Positions 11,106 through 20,800 of a stretch of DNA of 64,000 nucleotides are shown one piece after another. Under the pieces are notes generated by a model. It saw nothing but the letters and a program-made list of their open reading frames with translations, was not told where the DNA came from and ran no database searches. The translations under genes and the position numbers were made by a program. How positions within the stretch are numbered: the stretch's first letter is position 1; the number at the start of each line of letters is the position of its first letter. This DNA is from Spirochaetia bacterium (GTDB lineage Bacteria > Spirochaetota > Spirochaetia > SZUA-6 > Bin103), in NCBI GenBank assembly GCA_965203055.1, contig OZ241863.1, positions 1,952,001-2,016,000 on the forward strand, given 5' to 3'.

Positions 11106-11270
11106 GCCCTTGACCATAGTGCGCCCCGCGCCGCGTGTCGAGCCTGCCGCCCGCGGGCGGCGTATTTCCCAAAATGTAGGGTACGCGACAGGCCGCTTGG
11201 CGGCCAAGCCAGTCCCAGTCCCAGTGTAAGACGACGTTCTCGGCGATCTTGATACACCGGTTTCTTTGGA

Positions 11271-12635
11271 TCACCGGTCTACCGGCGCCTGACGATCCTC
11301 GCCGGGGCGGCCGAATCCGGCGCCGGCGTGGCGGTAGCGGTGATGAGCGGCGCACAGCAGGCGGAGATTGTTCGGTTCGGCGGCGCCGCCGCAGGCATAC
11401 GGCACGACGTGATCGATCTGCAGCAGGTGTTGGGAGCGGCAGCGGCGCCCGCTGGTGCGGTCCACGTAGCGGCAGCGGCCCCGGTCGCGCCGCCACACCT
11501 CGCGCTTGACCGCCGCCGGGATGGCGCGGCCGGTCGCGCCGCCGGCCTTCGCTGCCGAAGTTTCGGTCCGCGCCGGCGGCGCAGCCCGCGCCACGCACGC
11601 CACCGCAGCCGGCCGGCCGAGGCGCCGCGTCTTCGGCGCCGAAGTGGTGTCGCCCGCCGGCTTCGCTGCCGAAGTGTCCGAGCGGTCAGCGGCTTCGTCT
11701 CCCGGCTGCGCCGGCGTCTGAGCCGGCACCTTCGCCGCCGAAGGAGCGGCGCGGTCCGCGCCCGCCTCCTGCTTCGCTGCCGAGGCAGCGCCGCGAACCG
11801 ACGCCGCCTGCGTCTTCGCCGCCGAAGTCTGCTCGGCGCCTTTGGCCGGCGCGGCGCGCCGCCCGCGCGGCGGCCGGGCCGGGTCGTGACGGTCGAGCCC
11901 TTCCCGCACCAGCCGCCCCATGAGCTGCCCCATCGTCAGGTGCGGATCGACATGGGACAGGAGGCCCTTGAGCCGCTCCAAGCCGCGCCGGCACTCATGG
12001 TCGATCACCGCCTTGAGCTCCCAGCGCCCGCCGCCCAGGGGCCGCACCCGATCCGCCGGCGCCGCCAGCTCCGGGTCCACCTCGGCCAGCAACTGCATCA
12101 CCTCCCGGCTGCTCTTGCCGGACGCCTGCTCCACCAACTCCCGCCGCGCCTCCGGGTCCAGCACCGGCACCGGCGCCGGCTTCCGCTCCGCCGACCGCGG
12201 CCGCGCCGAACCCTCCTGCGACTGAGCGGCAGCCCCGAACCCGGTCCCGCCCGGCGCGCTACGCGCCGCGCGTTCCTTCTTGCGCTCCTGCCGGTCGAAC
12301 GCATGCTGCAACTGCGCGGCCGCGTTCAGCGTCATCGTGCCATTCCGCAGGCGCTCGCGCACGCCCTCGACCTCCGCGCAGAGCCGCATCGCCTTGATGC
12401 GCCGCCACGCCGCAGCGTCGCTGTAACCCAGTTCGCGCACCGCGTAATCGAACAGGCTCGAGAACCCGCGGCGCAGATACAGGCGGCGCTTCTGAATCTC
12501 GCGCAGATGGTCGATCACGACCACTTCGAGATGGTGTTCGATGCCGGAAAGTTCCTTGGTTCGCTCTAGCAGGCGGTCGTCTGAGAGGGCGGAAACGGTA
12601 GTGGCGACGGCCCCGTCGGAAGCATGATTGTTCAT
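11271..12635 (-). CDS. HNH endonuclease with DUF222-like N-terminal helical domain
   Basis: C-terminal RDRGRC...IDHVVP..GG...NNLRLLCAAHH; low-complexity linker with TSAAK repeats. Confidence 0.85.
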   Translation of the reverse strand: MNNHASDGAVATTVSALSDDRLLERTKELSGIEHHLEVVVIDHLREIQKRRLYLRRGFSSLFDYAVRELGYSDAAAWRRIKAMRLCAEVEGVRERLRNGTMTLNAAAQLQHAFDRQERKKERAARSAPGGTGFGAAAQSQEGSARPRSAERKPAPVPVLDPEARRELVEQASGKSSREVMQLLAEVDPELAAPADRVRPLGGGRWELKAVIDHECRRGLERLKGLLSHVDPHLTMGQLMGRLVREGLDRHDPARPPRGRRAAPAKGAEQTSAAKTQAASVRGAASAAKQEAGADRAAPSAAKVPAQTPAQPGDEAADRSDTSAAKPAGDTTSAPKTRRLGRPAAVACVARAAPPARTETSAAKAGGATGRAIPAAVKREVWRRDRGRCRYVDRTSGRRCRSQHLLQIDHVVPYACGGAAEPNNLRLLCAAHHRYRHAGAGFGRPGEDRQAPVDR

Positions 12636-12641
12636 GACATA

Positions 12642-12670
12642 AGTATAATCATGGAAACTACTTGAGTCAA
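12642..12670 (-). promoter_or_regulatory. Sigma70 promoter, leaderless, for HNH copy 1
   Basis: TTGACT-17 nt-TATACT-6 nt-ATG; no SD. Confidence 0.8.
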
Positions 12671-12780
12671 ATTATTCGACCCGGAATTTGTCACCTGCGG
12701 GCGTGACTTGGCGGCGCATTTTCCAAGCGGTTGGACGTTCCGTCAGATGCTATTGCCGAGAATGTCGCCGGCGTCGAGCG

Positions 12781-12940
12781 GCAGGGCTTCTTCTTGCGGC
12801 CCCAGGCGGCCTCGTCGATCTCGTAGTCGAGGAGGAGGTCGCAGGCATTGGAACTGTCCCTCCAGCAGGCATCGAGCATGGCGCGGTACTCGTAGTACGC
12901 CTTTCCGGCGGCTTCGCGGGCGGGATCGGTACCAACAAAT
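12781..12940 (-). pseudogene. Remnant of the C-terminus of a type IIG/Eco57I-like R-M protein
   Basis: Translation EAAGKAYYEYRA...LLDYEIDEAAWGRKKKP recalls that family's C-terminus; truncated at the HNH element edge. Confidence 0.55.
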
Positions 12941-13140
12941 TGGAAGTGGCGCGCCGATGGCAAACCGCGGCCGCTTGTGGCACACTTGGCGGCGGCGCGG
13001 CTTGGCCGCGCGCGGCCACCGCCTCACCCGACCGCCAAGGAGTCCACGTTTGATGCTTGCTGCCTGCCCCCGAACGACCCGCCGCTCTCCGGCGCGGCCG
13101 GTCCGGCCATACCGCGCGACCGGCGCCAGGGACTGCCGCC

Positions 13141-14199
13141 ATGAGCGCCACTAGCGGCCAACCGCGCCCGGCGACGCCGCCGACGGACCGACCCGGCGGC
13201 GTGCGTTCGGTAATCTGCGTGCACCGGCAGTTCGAGCGCAGTTGGCCCTACACCGCCGATCACTGGCAGCGGCGGTGGCAGCAGCACGGCAGTTGCGAGC
13301 TGATTCGCACGGCGGGTGAGGCCGCGCCGGCGCAGATCGTGGCGGAGCCCGCTTCGGTTCAGCGCCTGGTGCTGCTCGGTTTCTCACTCGGGGATCACGA
13401 CCTGGACCCGTTCACCGCCCTTGAAGAGTGCTACCTGGACTGGCGCCGCGGCTCGCCGGCCGCGGTGGCGGCCGCGGAAGCGCGCGGCGTGAGCTTCATC
13501 AACCACCGCATCGACGTCTACTGGGGCCAGACGGTAGCCGAATACGCGCTGGCGTTGACCATTTGCGGGCTGCGCCGGATACCGCAGAACCACACGGCGA
13601 TGCAGACCAGCCTGGCGCCCTGGGACTATTCACCCGAGGCGAGCGCCACCGGCGTACGCGGCGGTCAGTTCGGGGACGATTCGCGGTTCTGCAACGGCAC
13701 CGTGGCCGGCAAGCGGGTGCGCGTCGTCGGCGCCGGCAACATCGGCGCCCGCTACGCTTCCTGGTGCGCGGCGCTGGGCGCCCACGTGGCAATCTGGGAT
13801 CCGTTCGCGCCCGACGCCTCGTTTGCGGTGGCCGGCGCGGAGCGTCGCTTCCACGTGGAGGACCTGGTCGCGGACGCGGAGATCTTCGTCCCGATGGTAC
13901 CGCTCACCGATTCGACCCGCGGGCTGATCACCGCGGCGCTGATCGACGCGCTGCCGATGCATGGCTTGGTGGTACAGGTCACCCGCGCGCGGGTGTGCGA
14001 CACCGCGGCCCTGTACGGCCGGGTATTGAACGACGAACTGGCACTGGCCGCCGACGTGTTCGCCCCGGAGCCGCTGCCGCTCGACTCGCCCCTCCTCGGG
14101 CGCCACAACGTGGTGCACACGCCGCACGCCGCCGGGCGCACGCGCAACGCCAACCACGCCTTCGCCGACGACGCGATTGCCCGCTTCCGGCCGCGTTGA
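13141..14199 (+). CDS. D-2-hydroxyacid dehydrogenase family protein
   Basis: VVGAGNIG Rossmann motif; DVFAPEP; TPHAAG. Confidence 0.85.
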   Translation: MSATSGQPRPATPPTDRPGGVRSVICVHRQFERSWPYTADHWQRRWQQHGSCELIRTAGEAAPAQIVAEPASVQRLVLLGFSLGDHDLDPFTALEECYLDWRRGSPAAVAAAEARGVSFINHRIDVYWGQTVAEYALALTICGLRRIPQNHTAMQTSLAPWDYSPEASATGVRGGQFGDDSRFCNGTVAGKRVRVVGAGNIGARYASWCAALGAHVAIWDPFAPDASFAVAGAERRFHVEDLVADAEIFVPMVPLTDSTRGLITAALIDALPMHGLVVQVTRARVCDTAALYGRVLNDELALAADVFAPEPLPLDSPLLGRHNVVHTPHAAGRTRNANHAFADDAIARFRPR

Positions 14200-14358
14200 A
14201 GTGCCCGGCCTTGCGCCGCGGCGCAGGGCCGGCGCGCGGATGCCTGCGGCGCGCCGCCGCCGAGCCATTCCGATTACGAACCGCGCCGCGGCAACGAGCG
14301 GCGCCGTGAACGTGAATCGCCCGATCTTCGCCCGCTGCCGGGAGGCCGGGCGCCGCCG

Positions 14359-15579
14359 GTGAGGATCTACCGCGGCTACCCCATCGCGGCGGTCGTCTTT
14401 CTCTCTACCGGGCTGACCATCGGCACCAGTCAGTACGCCTTCGGAGAGTTCGCCGCGCCCCTGCGCGCGCACTTCGGATGGAGCCAGACCGCCCTCAACC
14501 TGTCGCTTACCCTGGCGGTGGTGTCCGGCGCGCTGGCGCCGTTCCTGGGGCGCGCCATGGACCGCTGGGGGGCGCGCCCGGTGACGGTGATCTCACTGCT
14601 GCTGGTGGCCGCCGGCTTCCTGCTGCGGCCGCTGATCGACTCGCTGTGGCACTGGTATCTGTTCAGCGCGCTGGTGTACGCCGGCTTTCCGGGGGCCACC
14701 ACCCTGCCCGCGGGCAAGCTGGTGGGGCTGTGGTTTCCCGCCACCCGCGGCCGGGTGATGGGGGCCGTGACCGCCGGCAACAACGTCGGCGGCCTGACCA
14801 TGCCGCCCCTGGCCGCGGCGATGATCGCGCTGGGCGGCTGGCAGTGGGGCTACCTGGCATTCGGCCTGCTGCTCCTGCTGCTGGCGCTGGTGGCCCTGGT
14901 CACGATCAGCGAAGACGAGGCGCTGGTGGCGCGGGAGATGCGGGCGACCGGCCGCGCCGGCGCGGTGCAGGCCGCGCGCCGCTTGGCGGGCAGCGGCGTG
15001 ACCCTGCGGCAGGCGCTGCGCAGCCGCCGCTTCTGGCTGGTGTTGGGCGGACTGTTCGGCGCCACCTTTACCTACCAGGGGGTACTGACCCAGCTCCGCC
15101 AGCACTTTGCCGAGCACGGCTTCGCGCCGGTGCTGGCCACTACCGGACTGGCGGTGATCGCAGCCATGGGCGTCGGCGCGAAACTCGCCTTTGGGCGCGC
15201 CAGCGAACGCTGGACCGCGCGCCGTGCCTGCGCCGTGTCGGTGGCCTTCCAGACCGTGGGGCTGGTAATCATGGCGCTGGCGCGCTCCGTCCCGGCCATG
15301 TGGTGCGGCATCATCGTGTATGGGCTGGGCTTCGGCGGCCTGGGCGCGCTGCTGGTGCTGGTAGTCCAAGAAGCCTTCGGCATGAAGGCGTTCGGCAGCA
15401 TCCTGGGCGTGGTGCAGATGGCGATGATCGGCTCGCTGGCGGGAGCCCCGGCGCTGGCCGGCTGGATTCACGACCGCACCGGCTCGTTCGCCAACGCCTT
15501 CCTGATCATCGCCGGAATCTTCGTGGCCGCCATCGTCTGCCTGCTCGCCGCCGGCGACGAAACCGACCCCCAACCGTGA
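14359..15579 (+). CDS. MFS transporter
   Basis: About 12 hydrophobic segments; GRAMDRWGAR motif A. Confidence 0.9.
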   Translation: MRIYRGYPIAAVVFLSTGLTIGTSQYAFGEFAAPLRAHFGWSQTALNLSLTLAVVSGALAPFLGRAMDRWGARPVTVISLLLVAAGFLLRPLIDSLWHWYLFSALVYAGFPGATTLPAGKLVGLWFPATRGRVMGAVTAGNNVGGLTMPPLAAAMIALGGWQWGYLAFGLLLLLLALVALVTISEDEALVAREMRATGRAGAVQAARRLAGSGVTLRQALRSRRFWLVLGGLFGATFTYQGVLTQLRQHFAEHGFAPVLATTGLAVIAAMGVGAKLAFGRASERWTARRACAVSVAFQTVGLVIMALARSVPAMWCGIIVYGLGFGGLGALLVLVVQEAFGMKAFGSILGVVQMAMIGSLAGAPALAGWIHDRTGSFANAFLIIAGIFVAAIVCLLAAGDETDPQP

Positions 15580-15597
15580 CGTCCCACGTGGCCTTCA

Positions 15598-16662
15598 TTA
15601 CCTGATCTCGATTCCGTGTTCCATACAATGATCGAACTGTTGATAGTCATACCGGTAGGAACGGACTATACCGTCTTTATCCCGTTGCAACGTGATGCAC
15701 TTGGTAGTGTCCCGATGTTCGGTAAACTCGTCTTGACCTAGAATCTGTTGAAGCCCCTTGATGACTTCGATGCTGTGCGTAGTGGCGAATACTTGAATAC
15801 CTTGCTCCTTCGCTAACTTGAGCAGGGCTTCCAAAAGAAATGAAATCGCTTGATAATGAAGACCCTGCTCGAGCTCGTCAATCAAAAGGACCCTTGCGTC
15901 TCGCAAGATGCATTCAGACAGGATCATTGCCGCTCTTATCATACCACTACCGAACAGGTTCAGCGGCATCATCTGGGCCAATCCAATGTCCAGATAGGCC
16001 ATGTTTCCTACCACCGATATCTTTGCGACCCTTGGATTGACCCGTTGCAAATAACCAACTAGCAATTGATCTTTCTTATTGACGACCAATCTTCCTATCT
16101 GTCCGGCGTCGTACCCGGATGTCGGAATTATCAAATTGGCCTTGATCTTGTCGACGATTACTTCGTCAATTGCTTTGTCTCCTTCACCCCACGTATCGCC
16201 ATTATGGATCAGTTCAATATGAGATGATCTTGGTGCTTCCTGGTATGAATCCTGAACCTCGAATCGGAATTTCAACACACGCTTTCCATGAAATTCAAGG
16301 TCGTCAGTGACATCTATCGAGTACTCCATATCGGGCGCTGAAATTATCAGCTTTCTGCGTTCGACATGAGTGCCTGCTACGCGCGCTTCGATCACCGCCG
16401 CTCTACTGAAGTCGAGATCGAGAAAGACGGATGCCAAGTCGTCGGCGCTGCAAACCGGATAGCCCCGGCGGCTTTGCACCTTGAAGAGCAGTCGAGGTTC
16501 GGCAGGATCAGCAATCAGGACGACTGCCTCCAATATGGAAGTCTTGCCGACGTCGTTCGCGCCCAACAGAATGTTGACCTCGCCCAATCCGTCGAGTTCC
16601 AGGTTCGCCAGTCCGCGGAACCGGCGAATGGCGAGGCGGTCGAATTGCTGTCGCTCGGCCAT
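15598..16662 (-). CDS. AAA/ABC-type ATPase (AAA_21/AAA_15-like)
   Basis: GANDVGKT, FGSG signature, LLIDELEQGLH, ATTHS; visibly AT-richer than flanks. Confidence 0.85.
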   Translation of the reverse strand: MAERQQFDRLAIRRFRGLANLELDGLGEVNILLGANDVGKTSILEAVVLIADPAEPRLLFKVQSRRGYPVCSADDLASVFLDLDFSRAAVIEARVAGTHVERRKLIISAPDMEYSIDVTDDLEFHGKRVLKFRFEVQDSYQEAPRSSHIELIHNGDTWGEGDKAIDEVIVDKIKANLIIPTSGYDAGQIGRLVVNKKDQLLVGYLQRVNPRVAKISVVGNMAYLDIGLAQMMPLNLFGSGMIRAAMILSECILRDARVLLIDELEQGLHYQAISFLLEALLKLAKEQGIQVFATTHSIEVIKGLQQILGQDEFTEHRDTTKCITLQRDKDGIVRSYRYDYQQFDHCMEHGIEIR

Positions 16663-16754
16663 GCCCTCGAAGTATAGGCCGGCGTCGTGATTTCTGCCAC
16701 CTGTTCACCGCCCGCCGCCGGCCGCCGGCAGACGGGCGCCTGCGCCGCCGGGCG

Positions 16755-17600
16755 CTAGCCCCAGGGTTCGGCGGTGCCGGTCTGCTGCCACAGGCGGTGC
16801 AGATAGGCGCTGCTGCGCTCCAGGTTGCGCCACAGTTGGCGGTGGCCGGCCATCTCGAACAGGCTCTGGCGGAACAGGCGGCGCGCGACGATCAGCGGTA
16901 TCAGGCGCGGCCAGTCGACGTCGCCGGCGGCGACCGCGGGTTGAAGCTGGCCGTTGCGGCGCTGCTTGAAGTGCAGCATGCCCACCTGCTCGGGAGACAG
17001 CGACGCGAGCGCTTCGGCGGCGCCGGCAAGTTCGCCGGTAAACGCGAAGTTGCAGGGATCGAAGCAGATGCGCAGGCGGCCGGCCGCGGCGCCGAGTTCG
17101 GTACGGGCGGCGGCCACGGCGGCGGCCAGCAACGGCCACGGCTGGCGCGCGTTCTCCACCGACAGCAGGGTGTGATCGTCCGCCAGGGCCGCGGTCAGGC
17201 GCGCAATGGTGTGGCCGGCCGCCTCGGGGCCGGCGGCGGCCAGCTCCTCCGCGGTCGTACTCAAATCGACCAGCCGCACGTGCGGCTGCCGCTCCTGCGC
17301 CACGGCGCGCGCCAGCCGCACCGCGGCGGCGAAGCAGGCATGGTCCGGCCCGGTATCGGGATGCAGGAACGGGACCTCGTAGGCCGCGACGAAGCGCAGG
17401 TTCGGCGAGCGCCGGGCCAGGGCGGCCAGCGCGGCCACCTCGGGCAGGTGACCATCCGCCGATTCGTAGCCGGTGAGGGACTTCTGGCGCAGCTCGAAGA
17501 CCCGGAAGCCGCGCCGCGCCGCGGCGGCCACCAGGTCGGCCAAGTCCGCGCCCGCGGCAAGCTGCACGTTCCAGACGTTGGACACCAGCCCCAACTGCAT
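16755..17600 (-). CDS. Sugar phosphate isomerase/epimerase (AP-endonuclease-2 TIM barrel)
   Basis: SVEN, CFDPCN, LHFK, GDVDW, FE motifs. Confidence 0.75.
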   Translation of the reverse strand: MQLGLVSNVWNVQLAAGADLADLVAAAARRGFRVFELRQKSLTGYESADGHLPEVAALAALARRSPNLRFVAAYEVPFLHPDTGPDHACFAAAVRLARAVAQERQPHVRLVDLSTTAEELAAAGPEAAGHTIARLTAALADDHTLLSVENARQPWPLLAAAVAAARTELGAAAGRLRICFDPCNFAFTGELAGAAEALASLSPEQVGMLHFKQRRNGQLQPAVAAGDVDWPRLIPLIVARRLFRQSLFEMAGHRQLWRNLERSSAYLHRLWQQTGTAEPWG

Positions 17601-17837
17601 ACGCCGAGATTCCGCCGCGGACTGTAGGGAGCTCGCCCCACCCCCGTCAACGTGCGGCAAAGGAGACCCCGGCGACCGGACGGGCGCGGGGCGGTCAAGG
17701 GAGCGGCTGCACGGCGGCCTCCGGCACCTGCCCCGGCAGCGCCTTGTTGCGTGAGCGGCGCCGGAATATCGTAGATCCGTGACTCACTATCTGAGTGAGG
17801 CCGTCGGGATGCCTGATGGCCGAACCGGGGTTCGCTG

Positions 17838-20800
17838 ATGTCGGTCGACCGGCGGGAGCTGCTGAGCGACCTGCGGCGCCAGCTCCGGCTGCTGGAACGG
17901 GACCTGGCCGCGCGCGCCGAAAGCGTGCCGGAGATGGCCGCGGCGCTGCAGGCGGAGTATCAGGCGGCGCGCGCCGCCGAGCGCACCGCCGCGACCTTCC
18001 GCGTCTGGCGCGCCGGCGAACTCACCCAGGCCGCAGTCGCGTGGCTGCTCGGCGCCGTGTTCGTGCGCTTCATCGAGGACAACGGGCTGATCGACGAGCC
18101 GCTCATCAGCGGTCCGAACCGCGCCATCGATCGGGCGGAGGATCGCCAGCTACGCTACTTCCGCGCTCATCCCACCGCGACCGACCGCGACTACCTGCTT
18201 CACGGGTTCGCCGCCGTCGCCCGCCTGCCGGCGCTGGCCATGCTCTACGACCGCGCCCACAACCCGGTGTGGCGCCTCGGCATCTCCGGCGACGCGGCGC
18301 GCGGCCTGCTGGAGTTCTGGCGCACCGTGAACCCGGACACCGGGGTGCTGCGTCACGACTTCACCGACCCTGAGTGGGACACCCGCTTCCTGGGCGACCT
18401 GTACCAGGACCTGTCCGACGACGCCAGGAAGCGCTACGCCCTGTTGCAGACGCCGGAGTTCGTCGAGGAGTTCATCCTGGAGCGCACGCTGGCGCCGGCG
18501 CTGGAACAGTTCGGGCTGGCCGCAGTGCGCCTGATCGACCCGGCCTGCGGCTCCGGTCACTTCCTGCTCGGCGCGTTCCAGCGGCTGCTGCGCCGGTGGC
18601 GCGCCTGCGAGCCCGAAGCGCCGAAGCAGGAGCTGGCGCAGCGCGCGCTGGCCGCCGTGCACGGCGTGGACGTCAACCCGTTTGCCGCGGCGATCGCGCG
18701 CTTCCGGCTGGTGGTGGCGGCGCTGCGGGCGAGCGGCATCAGGCGCCTGCAAGAGGCGCCGGCGTTCCCGCTCAACGTGGCCGCCGGCGACAGTCTGCTC
18801 CACGGGCGCCGCTTCGGGGAGCTGGACCTGGGCAGCGGCGCGGAACAGCACGCGCTCACCGGCCAGGCCGAGTTCGCGCATGCCTTCCAGTCCGAAGACC
18901 TCGGCGCCCTGAACCGCATCCTCGGCCGGCAGTATCACGTAGTGGTCGGGAATCCGCCCTACATCACGGTGAAGGACAAGGCAGTCAACCAGTTGTACCG
19001 AGCCCGCTACTCGACCTGCCGCATGAAGTACGCCATGGGCGTACCGTTCGCCGAGCGACTGTTCGATTTGGCGCTGCGCGGCGACGCGGCCGGGTACGTC
19101 GGACAGATCACCTCCAACTCGTTCATGAAGCGAGAGTTCGGCAAGAAGCTGATAGAACGGTTCTTCTCGCAGCTCGATCTGACTCACGTCGTCGATACGT
19201 CGGGCGCCTACATTCCGGGACATGGCACGCCGACCGTGATTCTGGTTGGCCGATCACGCGCTCCCGCCGCCGACACCGTCAGATGCGTGATGGGACTCCG
19301 GGGCGAGCCGACGCCGCCTGCGGTCCCGTCGCGCGGGCGAGTGTGGAGGGCGATCGTCGAACAGATAGACCGGACCGAAAGCGAATCCGAATGGGTCAGC
19401 GTGGTCGATTACGAACGACGCCACCTGAACGTTCATCCCTGGTCGCTCAGCGGCGGCGCCGCCGTCGATCTGAAGCGGAAGCTGGATGAGCGCGGCGCCG
19501 CAACCCTTGGGCAACGATCGACCGCGATAGGATTCATGGCCATATCGGGGGAAGATGAGGTCTTCTCACGGCCCGACAGAGGAGGTTTCGAGCGTCTCGG
19601 GGTAGCGCCGCGGGTACTACGCCCGTTCGTAGAAGGTGATCTGGTGCGCGATTGGGCAATTGCTCCGTCACTCACTTGCCTCTACGACTATGATGCAACG
19701 GGTTCATTCGTCGCATCCGACACGCCGCCGCTAGTTTTCTGGCCCTATCGAACCAGGTTGCGATCCGGATTGGCGTTTGGAAAGACACGTCAAGAACGGG
19801 GGATGAACTGGCGGGAATTCGCATTCGTGGTAAAGGACAAGCTCCACACTCCTCTGTCAATTGCGTTTGCCTTCGTAGCTACTCACAATCACTTCGTACT
19901 CGACCGAGGAGACAAAGTATTCAACCGTTCCGCGCCGGTCATCAAGCTGCCAGACGGCGCTACCGAAGCAGATCACCTGGCACTTGTCGGTTTGCTCAAC
20001 AGCTCTACGGCGTGTTTCTGGATGAAGCAAGTGTTTCACAACAAGGGGAGCACGGTGGACGTTCATGGCGCCCGCCAAACGACGGACGAATATGAGAATT
20101 TCTATGAGTACACCGCTACCGGACTGAAGCGGTTTCCGCTTCCACCAGAGCGGCCAGCGGACACGGACATCGCAGAGAACATAGATCGTCTTGCTGCGGA
20201 ATGGCAGTACCATCTGCCGGCGCAACTGACCGACCGCTTTCCCTTGACGCCGGAGGAACTGGATGCTCACTGCGACGCTGCGGCGTCTCTGCAGGCGCGC
20301 ATGATTGCCCTGCAGGAGGAACTCGACTGGGAATGCTACCGCCTCTACGGCCTCATCGACGAAGATTGCCGGTACGCCGCGGGCACCGGCGACCGCTCCG
20401 AACCCCCGCCGCTGGCGCTCGGCGAGCGCGCCTTCGAGATCGTCATGGCGCGGCGGATGGCGGCCGGCGACCTGGAAACCCGGTGGTTCGAGCGCCACGG
20501 CTCCACCCCGATCACCGAGATCCCGGCCCACTGGCCGGAGGACTACCGCGCCCTGGTCGCGCGGCGCATCGAGCTGATCGGCTCCGACCGCTTCGTCGGC
20601 CTGCTCGAAAGGCCGGAGTACAAGCGCCGCTGGAACACCGAACCATGGGAGGATCAGGAACGGCGCGCCCTCCGCGCCTGGCTGCTCGACCGGCTGGAGT
20701 CGCCTGCCTACTGGCCGGAACCCCGGCTCACCACCGTCGGCGAAATCGCCGCGCGGGCGGCTGCGGATGCCGACTTCCAGCAGGCCGCCGCCCGCTTCTC

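Larger units (their letters stand above)
11155..12780 (-). mobile_element. HNH-nuclease repeat element, copy 1
   Basis: Aligns with 43668-45240 across the ORF and both non-coding flanks; boundaries approximate. Confidence 0.7.

Noticed and set aside
11547..11828. Repeat-spacer pattern as a CRISPR array
   Set aside because: Repeats are only 15 bp, intervals vary from 30 to 84 nt and stay in frame, spacers are homologous between the two copies, and no cas genes are present.
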